DNA of 64,000 nt, taken from an uncultured virus (IMG/VR IMGVR_UViG_3300034190_003093) (taxonomy: Duplodnaviria; Heunggongvirae; Uroviricota; Caudoviricetes). Each line of letters starts with the position of its first letter. Position 1 is the first letter of the stretch. Below, in pieces: positions 55,075-64,000 of the stretch. The stretch spans positions 1 through 64,000 of the IMG/VR virus record IMGVR_UViG_3300034190_003093. One strand, written 5' to 3'. The position numbers were made by a program, and so were the translations under genes. The notes under the pieces were generated by a model. The model ran no database searches. It saw only the letters and a program-made list of their open reading frames with translations, and had not been told where the DNA came from.

Positions 55075-55890
55075 ATGTCGGATCTTTACAAAACATTAGG
55101 TGTAACTAAAAACACCAATGAAGCTGAGCTTAAAAAAGCTTATCGTAAACTTGCGATGGAACATCACCCAGACAAAGGAGGTGATGCTGATAAATTTGCA
55201 CAAATTAATAATGCTTACGAAACATTAAAAGATCCTCAAAAACGTGCAGCATATGATCGTTACGGCACTGTTGATCCACAACAACAAAGACCGCAAGGAT
55301 TCAGGCAGCAAAGTACGCCGTTTGATTTTGATAGTATTTTTGAAATATTTGGACAACGTATGGGCGGCTTTGGAGCCAGGCAACAAAACACGCAAAGACC
55401 AATGGATGCACGAATGAGTATAACCATTGATTTGCCAACCGCTGTAGCAGGTGGAAAAAAGATATTTGCTGTGCAAACACACACAGGACCGCATAGTATC
55501 GAAATTAGCATACCCAAAGGCGTAGTCGATAACGAACATGTACGGTATCCCAAGTTAGGGCCTAATGGCTTAGACTTGGTTATGACTTTTAGAGTTCTTG
55601 GACATAAAAAATGGCATCGTGACGGGCTTGACTTGCACATTGAACAGCCTGTTGATTTTTGGCAGCTGATATTAGGATGCACGTTGACTATTACAGATAT
55701 ACTAGGGCGCACATATGGGTTAACTGTTCCGCCTAAAACCAAACCAGGATGTGTTATGCGAATGCACAACAAAGGTATCGAAAGAGAAGGTCACAACACA
55801 GGTGATATCTTTGTGAAATTAAAAGCAACACTACCGGACAACATACCTGACGAAGTAATAAGAATAATAAAAAACAACCAAAATAAATAA
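55075..55890 (+). CDS. DnaJ/CbpA-type co-chaperone without zinc finger
   Basis: J domain with HPD, G/F region, C-terminal DnaJ domain. Confidence 0.9.
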   Translation: MSDLYKTLGVTKNTNEAELKKAYRKLAMEHHPDKGGDADKFAQINNAYETLKDPQKRAAYDRYGTVDPQQQRPQGFRQQSTPFDFDSIFEIFGQRMGGFGARQQNTQRPMDARMSITIDLPTAVAGGKKIFAVQTHTGPHSIEISIPKGVVDNEHVRYPKLGPNGLDLVMTFRVLGHKKWHRDGLDLHIEQPVDFWQLILGCTLTITDILGRTYGLTVPPKTKPGCVMRMHNKGIEREGHNTGDIFVKLKATLPDNIPDEVIRIIKNNQNK

Positions 55891-55913
55891 CAGTATAAAA
55901 CTAAAGGAATATT

Positions 55914-58199
55914 ATGCAATTAAATCCAGAAATTGAGTCAATTCTCATTGATGCAACTAAACTTGCACACAACAAAGATCATGCATATGTAACAATTGAA
56001 CACTTGTGCCTGTCACTATTGCGTCATCCTCCTTTTTGGAAATGTATTGATAAGTTTGGTGTGAGTCCTGAGGGACTTGATGAAGATCTGGAGTTTCATC
56101 TAGACAGTCTTGAGTCATTGAAACACCCAGTTGTGTCCAAGGGCAGCGAACCTAAAAAAACCAATGCATTAGAACGAGTGTTTAATCGTGCATCAACACA
56201 GGTAATGTTCGGCGGTCGGCGCACTATGACTACAATTGACTTGTGGCTTTCTATCATGGGAGAAAACAACAGCCATGCACATTACTTCATGCTCAAGCAC
56301 GGTGTACTTAAAAAAGACTTTGTAAATTTTTGGCAAGAACATTACCAAGGAAAAGGGGAAAGTGGCATGGCGCACGAACAAGCCAATACTATCCTTAAAG
56401 AACACTGTACTAACATTACTGAATTAGCGAACAATGACAAGCTTGAACCAGTAATTGGACGTGACACAGAATTAAACGATATAATCACAGTATTAGCCAA
56501 GAAATTTAAAAGTAATGTGTTGATGGTAGGCGATCCAGGTGTAGGCAAGACTGCAATTGCCGAAGGACTAGCCACTATGATCAAAGACAATAGAACACCT
56601 GAATTTCTTCAAGGATTTGAAGTATGGGGATTGGAAATTGGTAGTTTGCTTGCTGGTTCGAAGTATCGAGGAGACTTTGAAGAAAAGCTGAAAGATGTTA
56701 TTGCTGCACTTGAATCAAAGAAAAACTGTATTTTGTTTATCGACGAAGCACACACTATGAAAGGTGCTGGTAGCGGCAGCGGTAGCAGTCTCGACTTTGC
56801 TAATATGATCAAGCCAGCAATTACTAAAGGTAATATTAAAGTGATTGCAAGTACTACCTGGGAAGAATTCTACGAAAGCTTTGAGCAAGATCGTGCACTG
56901 ATGCGAAGATTCTATAGAGTCAGCATCGACGAGCCAGACACAAAAACAACAATTAAAATCTTACAAGGGTTGCAGTCAAGGTTTGAAGACTTTCACAACG
57001 TAGCAATACACCCAGACGCAATTATTAAAGCTGTTGATTTGGCTACTCGCTACATGAATGATAAGAAAAATCCTGACAAAAGCATTGACTTGATTGATGC
57101 TGCATGTGCAGTTGAACGTGTAAAAGACATATCAGGACTTGTAGTAACCGAATCATCAATCGAAACGCAGGTAGCAAGAGTTGCTAATATACCAGAAACT
57201 AAAATTGCTGGCGATATGAGTAATAAAATTCTCGAACTTAATTCGCATATTAAACAAAAACTATTTGGCCAAGACCATGTAGTTGATGAAGTATTAGACA
57301 GGCTTTATGTTAACTATGCCGGAATCGGTGCACTTAATCGTCCAATGGGAGCATATTTGTTTCTAGGCCCAACCGGCACAGGTAAAACTGAGTTTGCTAA
57401 ATTAATTAGTAACAACCTAGACATGGAATTGTTGCGTTACGATATGAGTGAATACCAAGACAAGCACACAGTTAGTAGTTTACTTGGTGCACCTCCTGGC
57501 TTCGTTGGGTATGATGACAGCAATCTTGGTGGCGGAAAGCTCATTAGTGATGTGAGTAAGAATCCATACAGTGTGTTGTTGTTTGATGAAATCGAAAAGG
57601 CACACCCAGATGTGTCAAACATCTTCTTGCAAATGATGGACGAAGGTAAAATTTCAGGCGCTAATGGTAAAACTATTGATATTAAAAACTGCATTATCAT
57701 TATGACTTCGAACTTGGGTGCACGTGATAACGAAAACAACAACATTGGGTTTGGGCAAGACTTAAACAAAACAGGCAGTGAAGATAAAGCAGTCAAGGAC
57801 TATTTCAAGCCAGAACTAAGAAATAGGTTGGATCTTATTGTTAAATTCAAGCCATTGGAAAAACTAGCAATCAAGAAAATTGTTACCAAGTTTGCCAACG
57901 AGTTGCGAGTTAGCCTTAATGATAAAAACATCAACCTCATACTATCTGAACAATTAACCAATCACTTGGTAGAAGTTGGTTACGATCCATTAATGGGTGC
58001 TCGTCCACTAGGGCGTAAAATAGATGAACTGATCAAAGTACCATTGAGTAAGAAAATTTTGTTTCAAAAACTAAAAAATTGTCATGTCACAGCTGATTTA
58101 CTTGACGGCAAGGTTGTTCTTACCAGCAAACCTAAAACTAATGTCAGTGCTGAAGTAAATGAGAACGGTGTAGTAGTTGTAAAGGATGACGATGCTTGA
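55914..58199 (+). CDS. clpA: ClpA-type AAA+ unfoldase
   Basis: Clp N domain, two Walker A motifs (GDPGVGKT, GPTGTGKT), IGF loop, no ClpB middle domain. Confidence 0.9.
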   Translation: MQLNPEIESILIDATKLAHNKDHAYVTIEHLCLSLLRHPPFWKCIDKFGVSPEGLDEDLEFHLDSLESLKHPVVSKGSEPKKTNALERVFNRASTQVMFGGRRTMTTIDLWLSIMGENNSHAHYFMLKHGVLKKDFVNFWQEHYQGKGESGMAHEQANTILKEHCTNITELANNDKLEPVIGRDTELNDIITVLAKKFKSNVLMVGDPGVGKTAIAEGLATMIKDNRTPEFLQGFEVWGLEIGSLLAGSKYRGDFEEKLKDVIAALESKKNCILFIDEAHTMKGAGSGSGSSLDFANMIKPAITKGNIKVIASTTWEEFYESFEQDRALMRRFYRVSIDEPDTKTTIKILQGLQSRFEDFHNVAIHPDAIIKAVDLATRYMNDKKNPDKSIDLIDAACAVERVKDISGLVVTESSIETQVARVANIPETKIAGDMSNKILELNSHIKQKLFGQDHVVDEVLDRLYVNYAGIGALNRPMGAYLFLGPTGTGKTEFAKLISNNLDMELLRYDMSEYQDKHTVSSLLGAPPGFVGYDDSNLGGGKLISDVSKNPYSVLLFDEIEKAHPDVSNIFLQMMDEGKISGANGKTIDIKNCIIIMTSNLGARDNENNNIGFGQDLNKTGSEDKAVKDYFKPELRNRLDLIVKFKPLEKLAIKKIVTKFANELRVSLNDKNINLILSEQLTNHLVEVGYDPLMGARPLGRKIDELIKVPLSKKILFQKLKNCHVTADLLDGKVVLTSKPKTNVSAEVNENGVVVVKDDDA

Positions 58200-58869
58200 A
58201 TCTAACTTAGTTCCTCGTTCTAGTTTATACTACAGTAAATATGAGTATGCAATAGGGTTTTATATGCCCGATGTTCATATGGTACGCCACAAATCTCACA
58301 ATCAAATTGATTCAATTTTTAAGAATCGAGAAGACAGAGAATACAGGACAGATTTTCGTTCCTGGAAGTCGTTGTACAGTGCCGGTTTAGATTTGTACGG
58401 ACCCACTGGCGACATTTATCAACTACACGAATTCCTATACTTTATTGAAAATATAAACACAGAGTATAAAATAATAACACAGCGCCATCACGGGCACTTG
58501 TATACAAACGACACAAATCTTTTCCAAGAAGTTAGTGCACTAGAATATCTTAGAATAACAAGTTACAATAAAGTTGACCCAAGACCCGCAGGGACCCTTG
58601 AATTAAAAAATCCAAAACATGACTACAGAACTTATTTTAAAAACAAGCGTATAAGCAATGATGAAAAAGAACAACTAACTAAATTTCTTCTCAATCAAAG
58701 TGATATACGAATAGGCCCGGGGTTGCTGCATTTTATCACACAAATGCCAAATTATCGTTATGTACAATCAAACTATTTTATAGATCACAACAACATAGGA
58801 TTGTTGACTATGATACAAATGATTTGCCCAGCTATATTGAATGAACCTCTAATGTTAATCAAGCGATAA
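58186..58869 (+). CDS. Hypothetical protein
   Basis: 227-aa overlapping ORF. Confidence 0.55.
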   Translation: MTMLESNLVPRSSLYYSKYEYAIGFYMPDVHMVRHKSHNQIDSIFKNREDREYRTDFRSWKSLYSAGLDLYGPTGDIYQLHEFLYFIENINTEYKIITQRHHGHLYTNDTNLFQEVSALEYLRITSYNKVDPRPAGTLELKNPKHDYRTYFKNKRISNDEKEQLTKFLLNQSDIRIGPGLLHFITQMPNYRYVQSNYFIDHNNIGLLTMIQMICPAILNEPLMLIKR

Positions 58870-58877
58870 ATAACATT

Positions 58878-59057
58878 ATGGCAAAGATAAACTCAACATC
58901 TATAGCAATCACAGTAAGCGAACTAGTCAAGGATGATTCACCTGCTACGGAACTTCTCAATGATGAAATTATTGCACAACTCGAGGCAGTAATTTCGCAA
59001 CTAGCAAACGAAAACTCGCAGAGTGGTGTGCTAGTAGAAGTAATCAAAGCAGAATAA
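58878..59057 (+). CDS. Small late protein (59 aa, not in ORF track)
   Basis: TAAATA-N5-ATG; MAKIN...I.VS.LVKD...VLVE. Confidence 0.65.
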   Translation: MAKINSTSIAITVSELVKDDSPATELLNDEIIAQLEAVISQLANENSQSGVLVEVIKAE

Positions 59058-59058
59058 A

Positions 59059-59418
59059 ATGAAATCCAGTAACCTTGTACTAATTCCAGAAACAGTCCAC
59101 AGTGGCACTTCAGTTATAACTGGAGAGCGACAAAAAGCAGTGGGCTATTATCAAGGACAAGGTAACAGTCAGAGTGTAAGATTTATTGCTGACGATTTTC
59201 CTGGGTTGGTGACTATACAAGCAAGTTTAGACACAGACCCAACGGTGGACAGTGAATGGTTTAATGTGTATACCTTTCCCGGCGATAGTGCTGTTGACGG
59301 ATCAACTGCGATTACTACAGATTACAGTATTACAATTTACGGGAAGTTTACTTGGTTACGTGCAATTGTTAGTCAGTTTACTGATGGCGAAATTGGGCCT
59401 ATCACGCTAAGTTATTAG
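59059..59418 (+). CDS. Beta-rich late protein, possibly structural
   Basis: GYY, IQASL..P...WF, G.F.WLRA. Confidence 0.6.
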   Translation: MKSSNLVLIPETVHSGTSVITGERQKAVGYYQGQGNSQSVRFIADDFPGLVTIQASLDTDPTVDSEWFNVYTFPGDSAVDGSTAITTDYSITIYGKFTWLRAIVSQFTDGEIGPITLSY

Positions 59419-59434
59419 GAAGAATAAGAATACT

Positions 59435-60862
59435 ATGTTAAAAAAATTAGTCGTCATTCCAGGAGGGTTTCATCCGTTCCACGCAGGGCACAAAGCACTG
59501 TACGATGCAGCCGTTGAAGCGTTTCCCCGTGCTGATGTGTATATTGCTGCAACTGATGATCAAGCTGCAAGACCTTTTCCGTTTAGGCTAAAACAGCAGC
59601 TAGCGCAAATTGCTGGAATACCAAAGCATAGATTTATTCAAGTTAAATCGCCCTTTCGTCCTCAAGAAATTACACAACATTATGATCCAGCAGATACACA
59701 ACTTATTTTTGTTAGATCTGATAAAGACAGCGGCGTAACACCTCTCCCGGGTGGTGTAAAGAAAGATGGTAGCAGATCTTATTTGCAACCACTTAATAGA
59801 CGCAATCCAGAACCAATGACACAACACGGGTTTATGACTTACTTGCCAACTGTAAGCTTTGGCCCAGGCATGAGTAGTGCTACTGAGATACGTGCTAAAT
59901 GGCCAACTATGAGCGACGGTGAGAGAACCAATCTTGTTAAAAGCTTGTATGGAGATTCAAGCCCAGCAATTGTTAATAAAGCCAAAGAAATTTTTTCAAC
60001 AGTACTCGGCGATAAAACGCTGGCAACAGTCGACGAGACAATTATTGTTAACAAAGGCGACACTGTTGATATCTTGCCAAAAGGCGGGATGGGTACACAC
60101 AGTGAAACTAGTTTACAAAATAATCTCGGTAACAAGCTACGCAGTCTAGCTGACATGTTGGATTCAGGCAAGTACGAAGAACTTGAATATCACATTTATC
60201 AAAGTGGTGTAATGCAATCAATGATTGAAGCACTTGCTCAGTACAAGCGTTTTAAAGACAAAAGAGGCAATCGCCCTGTTAAGCAAGATGTTGAAATTGA
60301 TATTTCAAACGAAGAACAGCAGGTTGATGAAAATCCACTTGCATATGCAGCTCTGCGTGGCGCAGGTCATATAGCATCTAAGATGAATCCTGCTAACACG
60401 GGCATGGTTGGATCAGCACTAAGTGGTGTAGCAGCTGGTATAGCGAAAGCCGCAGGAGCAGACAAGTCACCATCATCAAGCCACACTGTGGGATCTGCAA
60501 GAACAGGTAGTGGATATGTTTCTCCCGGCGATGAGAAAAACGCACTAGATGCAATGGCAGTAGAAGATTATCTACCAGAAGAAGAACTCGTAGAGTACGT
60601 ATATCAAAGCAAACCGCTGCGTGTACTAGACAACATTTCGAGTAGAAAAGACAAACAAGCGTTTCCAATTAAATTTGATGATGGTACTACAGTTGAAGTA
60701 ACTCCAAAAGTCGCTGAAAAATTTATGTCATTGTTCCTTAGACAAAGCCCAGAGGTGCAACAAGACATTGACAAAAGAATTACTCAAAAGCGTCACTTTC
60801 TTAAAACGTTTAACATGTTGATGAAAGATGGACCTAAGACTACTCTTGTTGTCAAAGATTAA
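59435..60862 (+). CDS. HIGH-family nucleotidyltransferase fused to extra modules
   Basis: PGGFHPFHAGH, MSSATEIR. Confidence 0.75.
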   Translation: MLKKLVVIPGGFHPFHAGHKALYDAAVEAFPRADVYIAATDDQAARPFPFRLKQQLAQIAGIPKHRFIQVKSPFRPQEITQHYDPADTQLIFVRSDKDSGVTPLPGGVKKDGSRSYLQPLNRRNPEPMTQHGFMTYLPTVSFGPGMSSATEIRAKWPTMSDGERTNLVKSLYGDSSPAIVNKAKEIFSTVLGDKTLATVDETIIVNKGDTVDILPKGGMGTHSETSLQNNLGNKLRSLADMLDSGKYEELEYHIYQSGVMQSMIEALAQYKRFKDKRGNRPVKQDVEIDISNEEQQVDENPLAYAALRGAGHIASKMNPANTGMVGSALSGVAAGIAKAAGADKSPSSSHTVGSARTGSGYVSPGDEKNALDAMAVEDYLPEEELVEYVYQSKPLRVLDNISSRKDKQAFPIKFDDGTTVEVTPKVAEKFMSLFLRQSPEVQQDIDKRITQKRHFLKTFNMLMKDGPKTTLVVKD

Positions 60863-60921
60863 TTTAGTACTGCCTACAACCTTCCGTTAAATACCTATAT
60901 AATATAACCCATGAGGAACCA

Positions 60922-61833
60922 ATGGCCGAAGATAACAACGTAGAAGACAACAACACCGATATTCAAGTTGAAACAGTCGATCCCAACAAAGTGCAAGTAA
61001 ATATTGATTTTTTACGGCAGCAAAAAGTACATATATGTATGCCATGTTATGGAGGTATGCTAACTGAATCTACTTTTATGAGTTTTATTCGATTTAGTAA
61101 TACAGCAAGGCAACTTGGACTAGATTGGACTGTTGAAACACTTACAAACGAAAGTTTGATTAGTCGTGCCAGAAATACCATGACAGCAAAGTTTCTCAAT
61201 ACAGAAAAGTCAACACACTTGATGTTTATTGATGCTGACATTGGCTGGCAACCTTGGCACTTATTGCTGTTGTTGCATCAAGACAAAGATGTTATTGGCG
61301 GTATGTATCCTCTTAAATCTCTACCAGTTAAATGGTGCGTGAATGGATTCGAAGGTGCAAAAACAGAAGATGACGGAAGACTTCAGGAAGTAAGTAAAAC
61401 AGGAACAGGCTTTTTGTTGATCAAGCGTCATGTGTTTGAAAAACTCGACAACCATCCGTCAGTTGTTCCTTTTCAAAATGACATTGGCCTCGATCCTGCA
61501 CTAAACAAACACATGAAAACCTATTTTGACACTGATGTTCGCGAAGGACGTTACTACAGCGAAGACTGGACATTCTGCGAAAACTGGCGTGATCTAGGTG
61601 GTGAAGTGTGGGTCGACAAGCGTGTGCTGTTGCAACACAGTGGTAGTTTTGTTTTTGATCATAACGAGCAAGGCAACATTTTTAAAGCACTGCAAGCCGA
61701 GATAGAACGCAATGGCCCATTGGAAGCACAAGCTACTGACGTAGGCACTATCGAATTGCCAGGCCAAGCTCCAACAGCACCAAATGGTGCTAGACTTCTT
61801 GCTAAAAACCAACAAAAAAAGAAAGCTAGCTAA
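60922..61833 (+). CDS. GT-A glycosyltransferase-like protein
   Basis: PCYGG, ESLISRARN, FIDAD, GTGFLLI, SEDW.FC. Confidence 0.75.
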   Translation: MAEDNNVEDNNTDIQVETVDPNKVQVNIDFLRQQKVHICMPCYGGMLTESTFMSFIRFSNTARQLGLDWTVETLTNESLISRARNTMTAKFLNTEKSTHLMFIDADIGWQPWHLLLLLHQDKDVIGGMYPLKSLPVKWCVNGFEGAKTEDDGRLQEVSKTGTGFLLIKRHVFEKLDNHPSVVPFQNDIGLDPALNKHMKTYFDTDVREGRYYSEDWTFCENWRDLGGEVWVDKRVLLQHSGSFVFDHNEQGNIFKALQAEIERNGPLEAQATDVGTIELPGQAPTAPNGARLLAKNQQKKKAS

Positions 61834-61848
61834 AGCATAAATACTGAC

Positions 61849-63999
61849 ATGCGAGCATCATGGTTTGAATCTAAAGAAAAAATAACATTATGGCACAACC
61901 CTGGTTACAGGGGTGCCGACATACCTGATGAATTTATGAAGCGTTCTGCTGACAAAGATATACCATTGTCTCAGTTATACGGATTTGAATCCACAGACAA
62001 GTTGAATGCCAAAGAGCATGGAGATCAAGTTTTAAGCATTGCTGTTAAAATGAAAGCAAACATGTGGAACGGTGATCCTATTGTTGTAACCCGTACCACT
62101 GATGGTTATATGATTCTTGACGGTCACCACAGATTTGCCGCTGCAAAAAAAGCTGGGCTTGAAAGTTTGCCAGCAATTGTAGTAGATGCTAGCGAACTTG
62201 AACATCGCAACGATATTCCCAAAGCTAAAGTTGAAGAAGCAAGTGGCTACATTCCAACTAAAGCACAAGCAAAAGATCCTCGATTTAGTAGTGCACTCAC
62301 TGTTGACGTTAAGCCAGGTGAAACACAGCGCCAGGCTGCTAAACTAGGTATGAAGATTGACAAAAAGGGCAGTCCTCCACTACTGCATGCAACAGCAGCT
62401 AAAAACACCAGTGCTAACAAGGCGTATAATCTAGGGTTAGTAGAAAGTTTACAAGCAAAGTATGATGCAATTAGATCTAGCAACGTAAACGAAGAAAGCA
62501 TTAATGAAAGTGTCAACGAAGTATCTAAAGAAGAATTTGACGCTATCCGAAATGGATACGTAGATATCGAATTTGATAAGAAATGGTGGCCATTAAATAA
62601 TGATTACCCATTAATCAAACATATCGGTAAAGCTATTGGTGCAACTAGTTGGACTAGTTGGGGTAAAGTTGGGGTCCCATGGTCAACAACAGAAATGATC
62701 GGTGGTGGTGGCACGTATATGCTTAAAGGGGACTTTGGACATATACTATTAGATGCAGCAAAGAGTTATCGCCCAGAAAAAATCTTAATGTCACAAATCT
62801 CAACGTCAGAACGAGGTGCGGGCATAGGCGGTAAAGTTATGAATGCAATAAAATCATATGCAGATCAAAACAAATTACCGTTGACAGTATATAAAGTAAC
62901 TAACCGGAAGTTTTTCGACAAGTTTGAATGGTTAGAAAAAACAGGCACTGATACATACGAATACAAACTTAATGAAAGTGTTAACGAAGGTTACAAGCTA
63001 CAACTAGAACGTGATGCTGATATGATGGTGTTAAACATTACTGATACCGCAACTGGCAAGCGTACAGAAGTTCGTGGTAAGAGTGGCTATGAAAGTGGTA
63101 ACTACGATGCGAATGACAAACTACATCAGCTATTAGATAGAATTAGCAAAGCATCAAACATCTCAGACTTAATCAATGGCGAAGTTGTAGGTATCAATCC
63201 TAAGCATCCTGACGGTAAGAGTGCAAAGACTGCAACAGATACAGCATTTAACGAAGATGTAAATATAGACAACAAAGAAGGTTGGGGTGCTGTTCCTAAC
63301 AACCAAGAAGTTGACTATTTTGGCATGCGTGTTAAGATGAAACCAAGTGTGTTTTTGAAATTAGCAGAAAGCAGACGTGGTGTTCCGGCAGTTGATAAAG
63401 TAGTTGATCATATCAAAAATGGTGGTGCAATTGGAGCACCTTTTCTTATTATTAGTTACACAGAAGGCAGTACAGCAGAAATCATTGGGCATGAAGGTCG
63501 CAGCAGAATGATTGCCATACAACAAGTATTTGGCGACATTCCTGTTGAAGTACATTTATTTTTTAACAGTAACACTGTTAACCGTGCAAGACATTTAACT
63601 CCAGACATTATTGCTGATATTAACAAAGCAATGTTAAGCCAGGATGACCAAGAACTTAGTGGCCCATTTTTCACAGAAAGCATTAATGAGAAGATTACAA
63701 AGCGTACCCCAATGGGTGATGTTATTGATGATTTCTACCAAAGTGATGCTCCGCAATTCAAAGGTAAAAGTAAAGCAAAGCGTAGACAAATGGCTATTGC
63801 TGCAAAATTAGCCAAAATGGATGAAAACTTTGCAGACGGTAAAGTAAAAGGCAAAAGCAAACCGGGTCGTGTAAAAGCAGCAGGTGCAAGTTGCAACGGT
63901 AGTGTAACTGATTTACGTGCTCGTGCAAAGAAATATTCAGGCGAGCGAGCTAAGATGTATCACTGGTGTGCCAATATGAAGAGTGGAAAAAAGAAATAA
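61849..63999 (+). CDS. Multi-module late protein with ParB/Srx-like and GNAT-like domains
   Basis: LDGHHR, RGAGIG, HEGRSR; modules separated by xNE/xEE linkers. Confidence 0.65.
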   Translation: MRASWFESKEKITLWHNPGYRGADIPDEFMKRSADKDIPLSQLYGFESTDKLNAKEHGDQVLSIAVKMKANMWNGDPIVVTRTTDGYMILDGHHRFAAAKKAGLESLPAIVVDASELEHRNDIPKAKVEEASGYIPTKAQAKDPRFSSALTVDVKPGETQRQAAKLGMKIDKKGSPPLLHATAAKNTSANKAYNLGLVESLQAKYDAIRSSNVNEESINESVNEVSKEEFDAIRNGYVDIEFDKKWWPLNNDYPLIKHIGKAIGATSWTSWGKVGVPWSTTEMIGGGGTYMLKGDFGHILLDAAKSYRPEKILMSQISTSERGAGIGGKVMNAIKSYADQNKLPLTVYKVTNRKFFDKFEWLEKTGTDTYEYKLNESVNEGYKLQLERDADMMVLNITDTATGKRTEVRGKSGYESGNYDANDKLHQLLDRISKASNISDLINGEVVGINPKHPDGKSAKTATDTAFNEDVNIDNKEGWGAVPNNQEVDYFGMRVKMKPSVFLKLAESRRGVPAVDKVVDHIKNGGAIGAPFLIISYTEGSTAEIIGHEGRSRMIAIQQVFGDIPVEVHLFFNSNTVNRARHLTPDIIADINKAMLSQDDQELSGPFFTESINEKITKRTPMGDVIDDFYQSDAPQFKGKSKAKRRQMAIAAKLAKMDENFADGKVKGKSKPGRVKAAGASCNGSVTDLRARAKKYSGERAKMYHWCANMKSGKKK

Positions 64000-64000
64000 T

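Noticed and set aside
1..64000. Stop-codon reassignment or tRNA genes
   Set aside because: Recognisable proteins are full length in the standard code and end in TAA, TAG and TGA; no cloverleaf with a T-loop motif noticed

Overview
Window from an AT-rich, densely coding jumbo tailed-phage genome. The gene set (gp44-like clamp loader, GroES, short DnaE fragment, PhoH, UvsE, Ig-repeat tail proteins, GH19 endolysin with spanins, DnaJ, ClpA) resembles RaK2/Atu_ph07-type jumbo myophages; this placement is inferred, not tested. Host-like genes (cytochrome c2, DUF1127, 7Fe ferredoxin, TctA/TctC, SleB-type hydrolase, GlyA, SufE, IscA, SOD, class I aldolase) suggest an aquatic alphaproteobacterial host. 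Two promoter classes are visible: sigma70-type (GG)TTGAC-N16/17-TATAnT in front of small early-gene arrays, and a T4-late-like TAA(A/G/T)TA box that often sits 5 nt before an ATG with no Shine-Dalgarno. Best candidates for new biology: (1) a ~370-nt multi-pseudoknot non-coding RNA candidate before the lysis genes; (2) a P-loop/methyltransferase/TctA-TctC/2OG-oxygenase operon with an internal riboswitch-like leader; (3) putative protease-cleaved head-cargo polyproteins; (4) a large virion protein with inserted lipase and metal-binding domains. No tRNA, rRNA, CRISPR array or integrase was seen. All calls are by eye from motifs; no searches were run.
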